A stretch of DNA of 64,000 nucleotides from positions 248,001 through 312,000 of the forward strand of contig MU058687.1 of assembly GCA_013265495.1 (NCBI GenBank), given 5' to 3'. This DNA comes from Vicugna vicugna. Taxonomy: Eukaryota. The position numbers were made by a program, and so were the translations under genes. The notes below the pieces were generated by a model. It searched no databases and was not told the DNA's origin. It saw only the letters and a program-made list of their open reading frames with translations. Numbering within the stretch: the stretch's first letter is position 1; each line of letters opens with the position of its first letter. This document shows positions 39,281 to 53,429 of this stretch, one piece after another.

Positions 39281-40199
39281 TCATAAAATTGACTGCCCTC
39301 CCCTCAAAAAAGTTAGTTTATCTGATGATGCAACTTAAACCACTGAGGTCTCAGTGTGCTAACTGTGTCTTTTGAATGCATTCACGTTGCTATAGGCTAA
39401 CCACTTTTTAGAAGCAGGTTTTGAAATATTTTAATATTTTTCTTAAATGAAATTCTAATCTTCACATTGCATCCCTGAATCTCCTCAAAGTAGCTAAGCA
39501 CAGTCTGAGCTGTTCTGGTGGAGAGGAAATCACAGGTCGTGTCATTTGTTTCTGTCCCTGAAACTCTCTGGGTCTCTGAGATGGAGGAAAAAACTCCGCA
39601 TCTCAAGGCAAAGCATTTCAAAACAACACCATAACTTCCCTTCCCCCCACCTCCACCCAAGACACCCTGTGAGCAACTGTTTGAAGCCAAGGCTGCAGTT
39701 GTCTTTGTCCCACATTTGCCTGTCAAGCCCGGGGCTCCTAGGCAGCGGGAAGGGCAGAAGGCTGGTATGAAGCAGGGCAACAGATGGCTGGGACGTGTCC
39801 TCTTGATGCTCAGCTGCCTGGCCAGCCTGCCAAGCTGTGTACATTTCAGACATTTGAGGTTCAACCAAAAGAGACGAGTAATGATTTTAAATCACTTGCT
39901 GAAACACGTGGCTAATCCTTGGGTAGCCAGAGAAGAGCACTTTAAAAACTCACTTAAATCCAGTGGGGGGAACAAGGAAACTCTGTGTGCTCTCTTGGCC
40001 TTGAACCCAGATCAGGCCATCCGGGGGGCAGTTGGGCATCTGTCCACGTTGCCAATATGCATCTTGCTTTCTACGCTTTTGGGGAGTGTGAAGTTTCGAT
40101 ATGTGTGTTTATCTGGGGTGAGAGTGAGGAGGCTGTGAGCAGGTAGGTTTGGATCTTGAGAGATTATGCACCCTGGCATTTGCCTTCTGGTCTGAAATT

Positions 40200-41200
40200 T
40201 CTATATTGCAAAATCTACTGAGTCTCTGTTCTCATCAAACTTGACCCCTCAGGAGCATGTGACACAGCTGACCACTTCCTCCTCCCTGAAGCACTCGTCT
40301 TTCTTGGTTTCAATGATGCTACTCTGTTCTGGTTTTCCTTCTGCTTCTCTAGCCTCCTTTTCTGTGTCCCTGGCAGGTTCCTTCTCCTTCACCTGGTTGC
40401 TCCATGTTGAGGAATCTCAGGGATTGGTCCTAAAACAGTTTCTAGTCTCTGTCTAAATCTCTCAAGATGATCTCATTCAGTCCCAGAGCGCTAAATACCA
40501 CCTGAATACTGATGGCTTTGTTTTTACACCTCCATCCCTGAGCCCAGACTCAACTGTCTGTTTTATGTCTCTACTTGGTTATCTAACAGACACCACAAAT
40601 CACATATTTCCAAGATGGATTCCTCGATTCCCACCATCCTTGAATTCTCCCCCTCTTCTCTCCTCTCTCACCCTTTTAGCATCTTTATCCATCTTTTTGC
40701 TCAGGCCAAAATTCTAGAAATAACCTTTCATTCTTTTCCCTCCTCCACCACATCCAATCCATCACCGTTTTCAGTCAGTTCTGCCTCCAATACATCTTGT
40801 CTTTACTCCCCATCTTTTCTCTCCATCTCCACGGACACATTCCAAGTCTAAGCCACCATCATTTTTCACCTGGGCAACTGAAATAGGCTCTTACCTGGCC
40901 TCCCTGCTTCACAATGGTGCATCCCAAACTCACTCTCTACCAGCAGTGAAAATTAACATGTAATTTGGTGATGTTCAGTCATTTTTTCACTCAAGGAATG
41001 TCTGTTGAGTGCCTACTATGTACCAGCAGTGAAAAAATAGACAAAAGTCTCTGCCCTCAAGGAGCTTACAATCTAGTGGTGAGAGGTGGACAATAAACAT
41101 GATAAAGTAAATGATATGATATGTTAGAAGATGGTATGAAACAAAATAAATCAGAGCAAAGGAATGCCAGGGAGCGTATGTTTATGTGTTTGTTACGGGA
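40200..41200. mobile_element. L2 fragments (both orientations)
   Basis: TGACCACTTCCTCCTCCCTGAAGCACTC...CAGGCCAAAATTCTAG; TTGAGTGCCTACTATGTACCAG...GGAGCTTACAATCTAGTG. Confidence 0.75.
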
Positions 41201-41239
41201 AGTTGTTATAATTTAAAATAAGGGAGTCAGAAATATGTG

Positions 41240-42250
41240 ACCTCTAAATATCATTTCCCACTACAGGGGTTTCTAAGAGAAATGTCTGATTCCAAATCTA
41301 GACTGACAGTGTGTAAGATAAGTCTGGAACTTGTTACAGCAGCAAGCAAAGGACCACAGGGATGGCATCACAAGGACCCAAAAGTCAAGTTCAAGAGCCC
41401 AAAGATGGAACAGCCTGAACGTCTAAAAGAATAATGACAGCAACAGGCTCAAAGCCATACGTGTCAAAATCCCTGAGTTCATGATGATACTTTTAGAGGA
41501 AAGAACACAACTCATTGGCCACCTTTGGAGGATACGAGGAGACCAATTATTCTGGAAATTGGTAAGTAAAAGAAAAGAAGTAAGCAGATATCCTGCCTTT
41601 CCTGTATGAAAATGACCAGGTGAACCAAACAGTTGATGAAAGTTTCTCTTTGTAGACAGAGTCTAGCTAAGAAATGAAGAAAAAGAAAAAGAGACAATTA
41701 GAGCATCACGATTTTACAACCTCCAGGGAAATAATCAATCTAGGCTGCGATCATCAATGGCCAAAAACATTGCAAAAGAAGAGAGTGAGCAAGATTTTAT
41801 GTGCCTCCTGTTGGATGGACACAGTACCTCTTAGGAAGCAGTAAAAGATGACTTTCAGATAATTGACAAATAATGTGAAGCATACGTATGCCTCAGATAC
41901 TCCATGAGATATACTTGTTCATTATGAATCTGAAATTCAGATTTAACTGGGCATCCTGAATCTTTATTTACCAAGCCTGGCAACCCTAGAAGAAGTCTGG
42001 TCCAAAAAGTCAGACCTGAGTATGATTAAGCCTCAAAATTTAACTACCAGGAGATACAATGAGACAATGAAATATGTTCAGTGACACCACCATAGCCATG
42101 TCATCAGCAATATACGGACTGTGAGGACAGACCATCCAATTTTTTTCAACAGATAGGTTTTTTTCAATAAATAGGTTTTCAACAAATAGAGGAGAAAGGA
42201 AGAGGGAGGGGGGAGGCAGGAGAGAAGTTTGTTTGGACTCTGATTCAAAA
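41240..42250 (+). mobile_element. Old L1MC4/5-like fragment interrupted by MER53
   Basis: TAAATATCATTTCCCACTA...GAAATGTCTGATTCC and CTCATTGGCCACCTTTGGAGGAT motifs. Confidence 0.6.
41853..41988. mobile_element. MER53-like hAT element
   Basis: TCTGAAATTCAGATTTAACTGGGCATCCTG...CTGGCAACCCTA terminus. Confidence 0.7.
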
Positions 42251-44274
42251 GATCAAAGGTAGGTACAGCCTCTATGAAAAATAGTCTGTCTTAGGAGGTC
42301 CATGTGACTGCAAGCTTCATCTCTGGTCTCATGCCTCCTGCCTGACACTCTACAGTCCAGCAGCACTAGACACATGGCCTCAAGGCTTCCTGGAAGCAAT
42401 TGAGAGACACTTGAGATCAAATCTTGTTTTACTAAGCCAGGTTGCATATGGAGGGGTCACGTGAAGAGAAGAGAAAAAGCCAAGATCCTGCTTTGGAGGT
42501 GGGATGAGGTGAGAGCCAAGAGGCAGCACTGAAAGGTGAGAGATGCTTTGGGAAAGGAGCAGAGGTGCTTTAAAAAATGAGTGATGAGGAAATTTTATTG
42601 GTCATGAGTGATGTATACTCCTCTTTTTTCTGCTCGTGGAAAGCCTTCAGAGCTGGGTGATTTGGATGCTGGGATAGGTCTTCAGGTATAGCAAGGTGGC
42701 TCAAAATCCTGGTTACATTCAGGCCATAGCACACCAGATTCTGTTTATATCTCTCCCCACCATGAGCCCCTCAAGGGTAGAGACTGTTTTTCCAGCTTTA
42801 GCTTTCCCACTGCCTGTCAAAGTGCCTGTCACTTCATATATATCTGGTGAATGAATGAATGAATGAATCCCCCTTCACCCTTTGCAGAGATGGTGGTCTT
42901 CTTCTGATATAACAAAATGTGGTTATTAGATATATACCTCTTCATGAAACACTGAATTTAATCTTGGCCATTTCTATATACCATAAAGGAATATTTTAAA
43001 CTTAAAGACCAGGGTCAGGTTACTGAGGCAGAAGCTGGCAACATTCTCCCAGGCATCTTGAGATATTTTCCTCAGTGATGAAAAGCCCAGCTCGCTTCCT
43101 GTTTTCACCTGCAGCTTCACCTCTGAGCGTCCGCCGTGTATGCGTCTTGTGACATGTTACGGCCGCTGTGATGAGGCTCACATCACAATTAGGTGACGAC
43201 CTTGGGAGGAGATCCCTGGACAAGTTGAGAAAAATAATGAGAGCAATCAAGAGTCTCACTCAGAGAAGCACCGGCTGGCTGCTTTGAAAGTTCTGAGCCC
43301 TGCACTCATCACCATCTGTTTACTCAAGAGTAATATCAAGAGAAAGAAAGAAGAGATAAGGAGAAAGACGAGACAGGAGATCCTCCTCCTTCATCTGCTC
43401 CTCTATCTACAACAAAGAAAAAACAAAGAAAAAAGATGAGGGAAAGGCTATTGAGTGAGAACAGTAAGCTTGCATTTACAGTGTCTCCGTACATGACCAT
43501 GATGTAAGGAGACATTTTGAAAACATCTGAATAACATTGTTCTTCCATATCATCATCTTAGGAGTTATGAAAGTATCCCATTGGTATTGCTAGCAAAATA
43601 TTTGGGGTTTTTTTCTGAGGTTTTTAGGGGAAAAACAAAGACCTAAAGTTTTTTTCAGTTTACTCATATACCTCATTCCCCAGACATGGCTGTGAGGAGT
43701 CTGGGTTGCCCCCCAAACTTGTCTCCTCCTTCAAAGATGGAGGGTTGTCACCACGGGGGATGTGCTGTGAGTTAGGTAGGCGTTACTCGGTGAGGAAGCG
43801 TGGAAGGGTTCAGAGACAGCGTCAACAGCAGTGGCGCGGTGTGAGACGGCCCCTGGACTGGGGCAAAGTCCTGCCTGCCCATCACTGACACACAGGAGGT
43901 GGGCAGTCGGGGTCTGAACAAATGAGTGAATGAGAAAGACTATCAATGCACAAGGAAGTGTAAGTTGTACAGTGTGTGTGAGAGACTGAAAAAAAAGGGG
44001 CTCAATTTTTTCATTCATTCAGTGTCACATAGAACTTGAAAATGGCATTTCCAGGTGCTTCTGCAGGAAGCTGAGTCCACGTTATGGGAGTAAGAGGAAT
44101 TAGAGCCAGCAGCAGACTCCACCTGGATACTCCAGCACTTCCAAGAGGAGCACTGGAGTTCCAGGGACTTGAAAAAAAATTTTTTTGAGGAAACAAATGC
44201 CAAAACTCTGCCTTTCAAATGAAGGCTATAAACTGCTTTTTGTGCACACCGATAAAACCTCGGCCTTGGGAGAC

Positions 44275-44726
44275 TATTAGTTTCCTAAGCTGCTGTAAAC
44301 AAGTACCACAGATTTGATGACTTGACAGAAATTTATTGCCTTACAGTTCTGGAGTCTAGAAGTCCAAAATCAAGGTCTCAGCAGAGCCATGCTCCCTCTG
44401 AAACCTGCAGGAGAACCCCTCCGTGTCTCTTCCTAGCTTCTGGTGGTTTGCTGGCCATCCCTGGCACTCCTTGGCTTGCAGCTGCGTGTTCCCAATCTTT
44501 GCCTTCATCTTCATACCAGCTCTTCCCAGTGCATCTGTCTTTACATGACCATCCTCTTATAAGGACACAGGTCACATTGGATTAGGGGTCCTTCCTATTC
44601 CACTATGACCCCATCTTAACTAATCACATCTGCAATGACCTATTTCTAAATAAGGTCAGATTCTAAAGTGCTAGAGTTAAGATTTCAACATAACTTTCTG
44701 AGGGGAACACAACCCAATTAGTAACA
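44275..44726 (-). mobile_element. MaLR LTR (MLT1B/C-like)
   Basis: AGAAATTTATTGCCTTACAGTTCTGGAG...CTTCCTAGCTTCTGGTGGTTTGCTGGC...ACATCTGCAATGACC. Confidence 0.85.
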
Positions 44727-46429
44727 GATGCCATTTTTGGAACATGTTACAATTAAAACGGGATTCAGTGACCTAAATGACCCAGAGAATTAAACTGTTA
44801 GCTGCTTGGCCCCTACCTTCTGAAAGTCCAGATGAATCATCAGGCTCCAGTTCACCGAATTTCCCAGTGGATGAGCCAAGTCTGATTGGCCAAACCTTTC
44901 TGCTTTATGGAACTCTAACCCAAGGGTCACGCTAAGTGTGGGTAACTCATTTCTGGGAGACAATATTTATCTGCCCTTTCTTCCTGAGCAGAAACTCTAC
45001 GATCAAAGATGCATCACGAGGGCCAAAAAGTTATTTGCTCGTCAGTCTCTGGCCCTTTGTGGTAGGAAATAGTTTGAGTTCCAGGGCTGGCAACACCATG
45101 TGATGCCAGATTGATGCTTTTCCACACTTATTTACAACATGACACACAAAGGGCTAAAAGGTGGCACTTATAAAGCAATGGGGAAAAGGGACAGGGCCTA
45201 TCTAGCCACCTCAGGCCCTGCCTAGCTTTCTGAACACTGAAGAGATCACCATCTCAGGCCACCAAACACCTACCTACTCGTGGACACTGGGGAGGAAGCC
45301 TGGGTCTAGACGATTATACCCAGATGTCAACCTAGAGGCAGGACTCTGACTCTACCACCACCATTCCTCCGCTCAGTGGGTCACCATCTGATGGCTCTAG
45401 ACTTTTCCCTCAAATCCATGTACACCTGATTCACCTGAATAAAAGGAAAGAACTGAATCTAAATTATATCACCTCCATGAAGAATGGCCATAGTTCTAAT
45501 TTCTTAGAGTAGGAAATTGTTCACAGGTAGAATAGATCTGAGGTGTCCAGTGCCTAGTCTAGGATCAGAGCTAGAACCTGTGACTACAGTCTTCTCCAGG
45601 GTGGAGTCCTTCCTCATGGAAGATGAAGGTTTTAGCACAAGAGAGATGGCTGGTTTGTGAACAGGGGATAGGCTCTTGCCTGGCCTCTATCTTGGATTAG
45701 CAGCTTCCCCAGGCTGCTGTTTCCTGAAGTGGCAGTATTTCCTCAAAGGCATGGATTCCTCTCAAATGCCTCTTCCTCCAGGCAGCCCTCCTTGACCACC
45801 CAGCGTGAATCTGGTGACCATTCTCTGTGCTCTGGCACTTACTTTCACTATGGCACCTATTGTACTATAGAGCAATTTATTGTCTGTCTCTCTTTCCAGT
45901 CTGTGAGCTCCTGTGAACTACTTTCCTTTTATTGCTGATGACTAGTAACCTGGTAGGCACACAATCTGACTGAATGAAATGAATGTCACAAATTACTTTG
46001 GGTACAATGGATGACTGCCTCCTTAAAAACCACAAAATTTCTGCTTGATGCCCTTATTCTTTCCCTCTCTGCTCACACCCGGTTCCAGGCCGCTATAAAA
46101 TCCGCTGTGCTCTTTAACTCGAGGATTACCCCGGCTCCTCCTCCTCCCTCCCTGCCAATCCCTCTTGCTTGGTTCAGGTTTCCTCAGTTTCCATGGGTTG
46201 CCACCTATCAGGATCTTCCCACTGAGAAAGGACATCTTGAGAAGCACTGGTGACACTTTTGCCTGTGTGTGTCTCCTCCTGCTTGCTCCTCACTCCTCTG
46301 TTGGCAGCTTATATGTGGGCCAGGCCTGGCCACCCACCCCAGGTCAGTACCCAGGGTCTCAGGCTCCTGCTCACCAGAGAGAGGGTAGCCGGCTATCAGT
46401 GACCTCCATTCATTTATTCATGTTCCTCC

Positions 46430-47575
46430 TAATTTATTTATGTATTTACTGTAACCGCTTTATTGAGATATAATTCACATGCCATAAAACCCACCCTTTC
46501 AAAACGTGCAATTCTGTGGTTTTAATATATTCACAGAACTGTGCAATCATCACCACTACCTAATTCCAGAATATTTTCATCACCCCCAAAAAGAAACCCC
46601 ACACCCACCAGCAGTCCTGTCCCATTCTCCCCTCCCCCAGGCCTTGGCAACCACTAATCTACTTGCTGTCTCTATGGATTTGCCTGTTCTAGACATATCT
46701 TATAAGTGGAATCATACAATACATGGCCTTTTATGTCTGGCTTCTCTCGCTTAGCATGTTTTCAAGGTTCTTCCATGTTGTAACATGTATCAGTAGTTCA
46801 CTCCTTCTTAGAGATGAATAATATTCCATTATATGGGTATAACACGTTTCATTTATTCATTCATTAGTTGGTGGACTTTGGGGTTGTTTCCACTTTTTGG
46901 CTATTTGAATCATGCTGCCATGAACAGTCATGTACAAGTTTTTAAGGAAACTGTGTTTTCAGTTCTCTTGAGTATATACCTAGGAGTCGAATTGCAGCTC
47001 GCAAAGCAACTTTCTGTTTAACTTTGAGGAACTGCCAGACCGTTTTCTAAAGAGGCTGTACCATTTCACAGTCCCACCAGCAATATATGAGGGTCCAATT
47101 TCTCCATAGCTTTGCCAGTACTTGTGATTATCTGTCTTTATTATTTTAGTGAGTAAGAAGTGGTATCTCATTGGGTTTTGATTTGCATTTCCCTCATGGC
47201 TAATGATGTTGAGTATCTTTTCATGTGCTTACTGATATGTTTATTTAATTCCTTTGTATACTTTAACAATTGAGTTATTTGTCTTTTTATTATTGCATTT
47301 TAAGTGTTTTTATATATTCTGGCTACAAGTCCCTTATCGGATATATGATTTGCAAATAATTCCTTTCATTCTGTGAGTTTTCTGTTCACTTTCTTGGTGA
47401 TGTTCTTTGAAGAGCAAAAGTTTTAATTTCAATAAAATCCAATTTATTTATTTTTTTCTTTTGTCACCTGGGATGTGATATTAAGGAAATATTGCCTAAT
47501 CCTCGGTCATGAAGATTTACTCCTCTGTTTTCTAAGAGTTTTATAGTCTTTAGTTCTGATATTAGATTCATGAGC
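46430..47575 (-). mobile_element. L1MB-class LINE-1 3' region
   Basis: TTTATTGAGATATAATTCACATGCCATAAAA..., decayed ORF2 end (minus ORF MRYHFLLTKIIK...). Confidence 0.85.
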
Positions 47576-49460
47576 CCCTCCCCTCATTGGTTTATCATCT
47601 CCCAAGGACAAATGCATTTTATAGCAGGTCTTTTGGTGTAATAATCTCTGCATCATCTGTTGCCTTTACACTGGGATGAGACACATCCTTAATAAAGTTA
47701 TTCATATTTAGTTGTTCTGTGAAATAGATATTTATACGTTTAACAACCTTTGACTTCCATTATGTCAAAAAAAACCCCACATATGTAATAAAATATGTTT
47801 TCCAGACTCCCAACACACTGTACCCTGCCACAGAACAAGACAGAGATTCTCTAGGCTTTAAAAACTTTGGAGGTGGTTTGAAGCTTGTAGTTTAAACCAG
47901 GACAGATAATCTCCTGTGACCTCAAATTTGGGGAAGAAAGAATACAGTGGGAGTGGGGGAGGTCGGGTGGAGAGGGCTTGATGCTTATCAAGCCATCACC
48001 TCACCACTAGCCCGACCACCCAGGGCCCTTCCTGTGTCGTCTGTGGCTCATTGTTCCAGTGGTTTTGATTATTCGAGTCAGCCATTGTCTGAGCCATTGT
48101 CTGCCAAGATGTTTGGGTTTGGAAATCCTTCATTATGCCTCTGAACAAATGATATCACATTTTCTCTCAAATCCTGTATCCACTGGTCTTTGAAAATTGG
48201 TGACAAAATTAGTCAGTTTCCTTGGACGTAGATTTTTGGATGGCTGTTGATCTCCAAATGGTATGTTTGTTCCCCTATTTGTCAACGAATCCTTCAATTT
48301 TCTATTTATTTGAATCCCTTTCTGAAACAAGAAACAAATTCATTAAAAAAATAAAATCAAACTCTACTTTTCATTTGGTTAAGTTTCCTAGGTTTTATAT
48401 TTAGCACAACTGGAAAAATAGTGCCAAAAAGACAGTTTAAATCTAACATACCTTTACTTTATCCTTTTTTGACTCAAACCTCCCCCAAACAATGTAATTA
48501 GCCAGGGCTACATTTATAAATGTCTACAATGAGATAATTACCCTTCCTAGTGAGAAGCTGCTAAAATCTAGCCATCCAAAGTCTTGGCTTTCTAGTAAAT
48601 CAGCCCACACAATATGCAGAGAGACAGCTTGGTCATTCTTCCAAGAGAGATTTTGAAGCTGATCTGTGATTATCTTCTGTTATCCAATAAACGGAAATAA
48701 CAACCATCACCCAGGAAGCCACGTGTGGGGAAACCTACAAAAGACCACAGAGCACATAAGCTCTTGGCTATCAAAACTCCACGCCATTCAGAGGTGTGAA
48801 TCCAAAGATGGACTTGGCTTCCTCTGCTGTTGATTTGCTCCTAGAAACACCAGGCCCTTCTGGTCAGGACAATATAACCAGACTGAAAACCCAGATAATG
48901 ACATGTGGTCTTGGCCCTTCTCACTTGATGTCAAGGTGCATTTTCCTGGAAATAACTGGATTAATAACATGTCTGTAAACTTCATTTAATATTGAGTCCT
49001 TAAAAGATAACTATGAGATCTTAATTGATCTAATTAGAAGGAGCAGCTATAAAATGGTATGTTGGCAATTTTGATGAAGTGTTTCATATATGTTTTTAAA
49101 AGTCTAGAAAAGAGGTATATTAAAATGTTTTCTCTAGATAATAAAACTACAAGTTTTCCACTTCGTACTTCAAAAAAAAGTTGTAATGAATATATTTTAC
49201 TTCCATAATAAAAAAATTAATTGAGCTAAATCTATTTTGGAAAAAAAATTAGGTCTTACCCTGACTCAAAGGCATACTCAGAATTTTTAAAATATGCGGC
49301 AAAGAGTGCATTCGAATCTGTTACTCTGTAGGAAAACTTAAAAATAAACCGCCTTTAATGGTGGAGAAGCAGGCCAAAATCTGTTGCTCAAGCCGGCGGG
49401 GCCCAGCCCTAAATTCCATGTCACAGGGCAGTTTTCCAGGGCAGTGGGCCCATGGTGCTT

Positions 49461-49493
49461 CTGCCCCCTGCTGGATAACTTAGGAAAGTGCAG
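49461..49493 (-). promoter_or_regulatory. CTCF binding site with upstream (U) module
   Basis: Minus strand CTGCACTTTCCTAAGTTATCCAGCAGGGGGCAG: consensus core plus TGCA..CC module. Confidence 0.7.
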
Positions 49494-49842
49494 CCTCTGG
49501 TGCAAGGAGTTTCTCCAGGAATGTGATCACAGGGAGATGAATGTTTTAAGAATCCAGTGACATTTGGAAAAACTGGCCTTATTGCTCAAAACTATTCTGG
49601 AAGGTCTTGCCACAGGGAAACTAACCATGAGGCTATCTTTTCATGCTCCCTCAATCCTTTTTCTAACACATATATTTATTTTTTAAATGTCCCAGACCTC
49701 ATTCTAGGTACTTACATATGTATAGAACACACAGATGAAAACAGAATTGTCCTTGTGCCATGCTCTGTATGATAATATAAATTCTATTGTATTATACTTT
49801 AATTCTGTGACTTGGTTTTTTCACCTATCAACATATCCTGGT

Positions 49843-49930
49843 AGGATGAGGACTAGGGTGGGGTGAGAGAGACCTGCATGACCCTGAGGGTGGCCTCCTT
49901 ATATTTGCCCCCTTCATCAGTGCAGACAGG
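49843..49930. mobile_element. MER96-like hAT fragment inside old L1 debris
   Basis: GGACTAGGGTGGGGTGAG...CCTGAGGGTGGCCTCCTTATATTTGC. Confidence 0.45.
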
Positions 49931-50812
49931 CCAGCTTCGCTCTTGTGGACCCCCTGAATAGCATTCTATGGTATCAATACGGCAAAATTAACCATTTTCC
50001 TCCTGATGAACCTGTAGGTCATTTCCAATTTTTAGCTATTACTAAAATACTGTGTAGAAATCCTTATAGATGCTTCCTTGTGTGTAGTCAAAGTTATAAT
50101 TTTTTACTTTATGGTTTGTGTCTTCTATATCTCGTTTAAGAGGACTTTCCTACCCTAAGATTATAATAGTGTCTTCCTATCTTCTCCTTTTCTTTTCTTT
50201 CTTCTTTTTTTTTTTTTTCCATTTTGGACCTCAGAATTGAGTTAATCATACTCCTCAGCTTCTCAGTTCATACTCCACACAGTCACCATTGGTCCATGTA
50301 AGACATATTTTTAAAAAATTCCTTTTTATCCCCATTTCCTACTCCCATTCCTTCTGCCCACTGTCGACAATCACTCTGATGTGTTTAATAGTTATAATAG
50401 TATTTATATGTTTTCTTATAAGATATGCAGTACATTTGGAATATTTATGTAAATGATATTGTGCCATACTGTACACCTTAATTCTATTTCTTAGTATTTT
50501 CATTTAACACTGTTTTACAGGCTATCTGCATGGCTGTGGTACACCCAATTCTTTCTAACTGCTCTATTCAACCCTTTCCCCAGCAATCAGCCTCTGGAGT
50601 CTTCAACTGCCATTAGCACAAACAACCCTGCAAGGGACAGCCTCTGGCACAGTTGGTCCAATGTGAGGCGTTCTCTAGGGTATATTTCCAGATTTCTTGT
50701 ATTTTCTTTTAATGCTTTTCTGTTTTTTCTTCTACTCATATGTCTGTCCACATTTGGTTAATCTGTCTGATCACATTTAGCTTTTGTTATGATCTTGACT
50801 CCACTAATTCTT

Positions 50813-50948
50813 TTTTTTTTTGGAGGGGTAATTAGTTTTGGGGTTTTTTTTAATTTAGTTTTTTATTTTAATGGAGGTATTAGGGATTGAACCCAGGACC
50901 TTACGCATGCTAAGCACTTACTCTACCATTGAGCTATACCCTCCCTAC
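50813..50948 (-). mobile_element. Camelid tRNA-derived SINE
   Basis: 19-bp TSD with one mismatch: cttgactccactaattctt (50794-50812) / cttgactcaactaattctt (50949-50967). Confidence 0.92.
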
Positions 50949-51107
50949 CTTGACTCAACTAATTCTTGTTGTTTTCTTTTCGCAAAAAACATTCCTAATT
51001 TCCATTTTAATCGTATTTCTTCGACACTGAGTTGAGGTTTGCAGCGGGAAGGTGTTTGTTTTGTTTGGAATCTCAGCTCCCAGATTTGTGTTAGAAAATA
51101 ATAACAT

Positions 51108-51420
51108 AACTTAGTTTGGGTTCCTCCTAAAGCAGAACTGAGACCAGGACTTTGGTGACAATAGTTTATTCGGGAGGATATCCCAGAAAGACAATGAGGG
51201 AGAGGGGAGAGTCATACAGGGAGGAAGGGAAGCCAATGAAAGATGCATTACTTAGCCAGTTTTCATGTGGACAATTGGCACAATCTCCCTGGAGACCCTT
51301 TGAAGAACCTATAAAAACCACTAAATTGTCCCTGTGAAGAATGGGAGGTTGGGACATTTATCCATCAACCTTCATCCTCCACTGGTTGAGAGTTGTCTGT
51401 GGGTGGGCACAAGTGTGCAT

Positions 51421-51462
<42 letters not shown>

Positions 51463-51590
51463 TCTTGCTGTGGCTATGCCTGCATGTAGACTGAGCAAGC
51501 TTCCAAGTTAGGAGAAAATCCTGAGGCAGAAAAGCTGAGTGACTCATTGGTGCTTGAGATGGGAGGCCATCGACACTCACAGGAGATACT
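51108..51590 (-). mobile_element. Old ERVL LTR with embedded (CA)n
   Basis: TGGGTTCCTCCTAAAGCAGAACTGAGAC...TAGTTTATTCGGGAGG; (CA)n 51423-51460. Confidence 0.55.
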
Positions 51591-51926
51591 GACTTTTGAC
51601 TGCCCTATGCTTGTGCATATCTTCTCTGCTAACGGCTCTCTGACCACTTCTTTTTCTGCACTTGCTATTCATATACTGACCACATTTAACCTCCCTGTCC
51701 TGACCTAGTGAGACCCGCTGAAACGTTTCCCTGGGCCGGACCAGCTCCATCAGCTAGATGAGTCATCTTCTCCAAGCTGGTTTCCTCATCTGTGAAATTG
51801 ACATGATGATGGTCCTTACTTCTTTAGGTCCTTATGAAGATAAATAAGGAAATGGCTAAATTGCATTTCACACAGTGCTTGCCTCTCTATAAGTGTTCAA
51901 ACAGTATTCAGTATTGTTCTGCTTAT

Positions 51927-52543
51927 ATTTTTTCCTTTTTTAAGTTGAGGTATAGTCAGTTTACAATGTTGTATCAATTTCTGGTGTACAGCATAATGTT
52001 TCAGTCATACATATACATACATATATTCCTTTTCATATTCTTTTTCATTATAAGTTACTACAAGGTATTGAATAAAGCTCCCTGTGCTATACAGTAGAAA
52101 CTTATTGTTTATCTATTTTATATATAATAGTTAATACCTGCAAATCTGAAACTCCTTATTTATCCCTTCCCACCACCTTTCCCCCTGGTAACCATAAGTT
52201 TTCTATCTGTGAGTCTGTTTCTATTTTGTAAGTAAGTTCAATTGTGTCTTTTCTTTTTTACATTCCACATATAAGTGATAGCATATGGTATTTTTCTTTC
52301 TCTTTCTGGCTTACTTCACTTAGAATGATATTCTCCAGGCCTATCCATGTTGCTGCAAATGGCATTATTTTATTCTTTTTAATGGCTGAGTAGTCTTCCA
52401 TTGTATAAATATACCACCACTTCTTTATCTAGTCATCTGTCGATGGATATTTAGGTTGCTCCCATGTCTTGGCTATTGTAAATAGTGCTGCTATGAACAT
52501 TAGGGTGCATGTATCTTTTCGAATTAGAGTTCCCTCCGGATAT
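51927..52543 (-). mobile_element. 5'-truncated young L1 (ORF2 C-terminus + 3'UTR)
   Basis: Translates to KDTCTLMFIAALFTIAKTWEQPK...AATWIGLENIILSEVSQ with an internal stop; 13-bp TSD ttgttctgcttat (51914-51926, 52544-52556). Confidence 0.93.
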
Positions 52544-53429
52544 TTGTTCTGCTTATTTTTATTATTTGAAGCTGAGTATGGGCACTGTCTGTGAAAGCAG
52601 GTAAGATCTGAGTAGGGTTCACTGATGCTACTGGGGATCCTGGTAGGTTTACAGTGTAAAATAGGCCGGACCCATCACAGCATCCCCTCTGCCTCCCTGG
52701 CCTCAGGCCCTCTGCTCACCCCACCGCTGGGCCTTCAGCAGTGCCTTCTCTGGAAATCCCACACTTTCCTCCTGCCCAGCAGATGTGCCTCCTTTAATTT
52801 CTCTCTCCGGCTTCACTTTTACTTCCTTTTACTCTTCTCTCCCATTTACATGGACTTACCCGGCTGATGAAACTGGGCCTCAAGCACAGGCATCAGGCCT
52901 TACGGCTTTCTTCTTGGCTCCAGTTAGCTCAGCCATTAACTGCTGACTGACTCTTGGAGAAGGGACTTAACTTCTTCTGCCTGGTTTTTGACTTTTCAAA
53001 TAGGATGGTCTTTATGGTTCCTTTTTTTCCCCCCTCAGAAGATTATTGAAAATATGAAATTAAATAAGATTTAAAAAAAATAATATAACAGGTTGGCTTT
53101 TTTTTATATTTGTTTTGTTTTGAGTTTTGTTTGTTTTTTGTTTTCTTGGTTCATGGTGTTACCACCTATGTGATACTTTCTTCCCAGAGCCAACCCTAAT
53201 TGGTTTCTCTCTTAGCCTCCAAATACCTGAAATTCTACAATTAGAAATGAATCATTTGATGTTAGCTCACAGTTCTACAGAAGAAGCTACAGAGCAATAC
53301 TTCTCAGCAATTCCTACCTTAGCATGAGTGAATTTATGACCTTTCCTGAGAGCTAGTTTTAGAAGAGAAGGCAGAGAAGGAGCATTAATGTACTGAGCCT
53401 GGATTAAAGGGAAGCCACACTAGGTCATC

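Noticed and set aside
47970..48400. Unique-looking stretch with an 8-bp hairpin and short ORFs, considered as a processed pseudogene
   Set aside because: No recognisable translation, poly(A) or TSD
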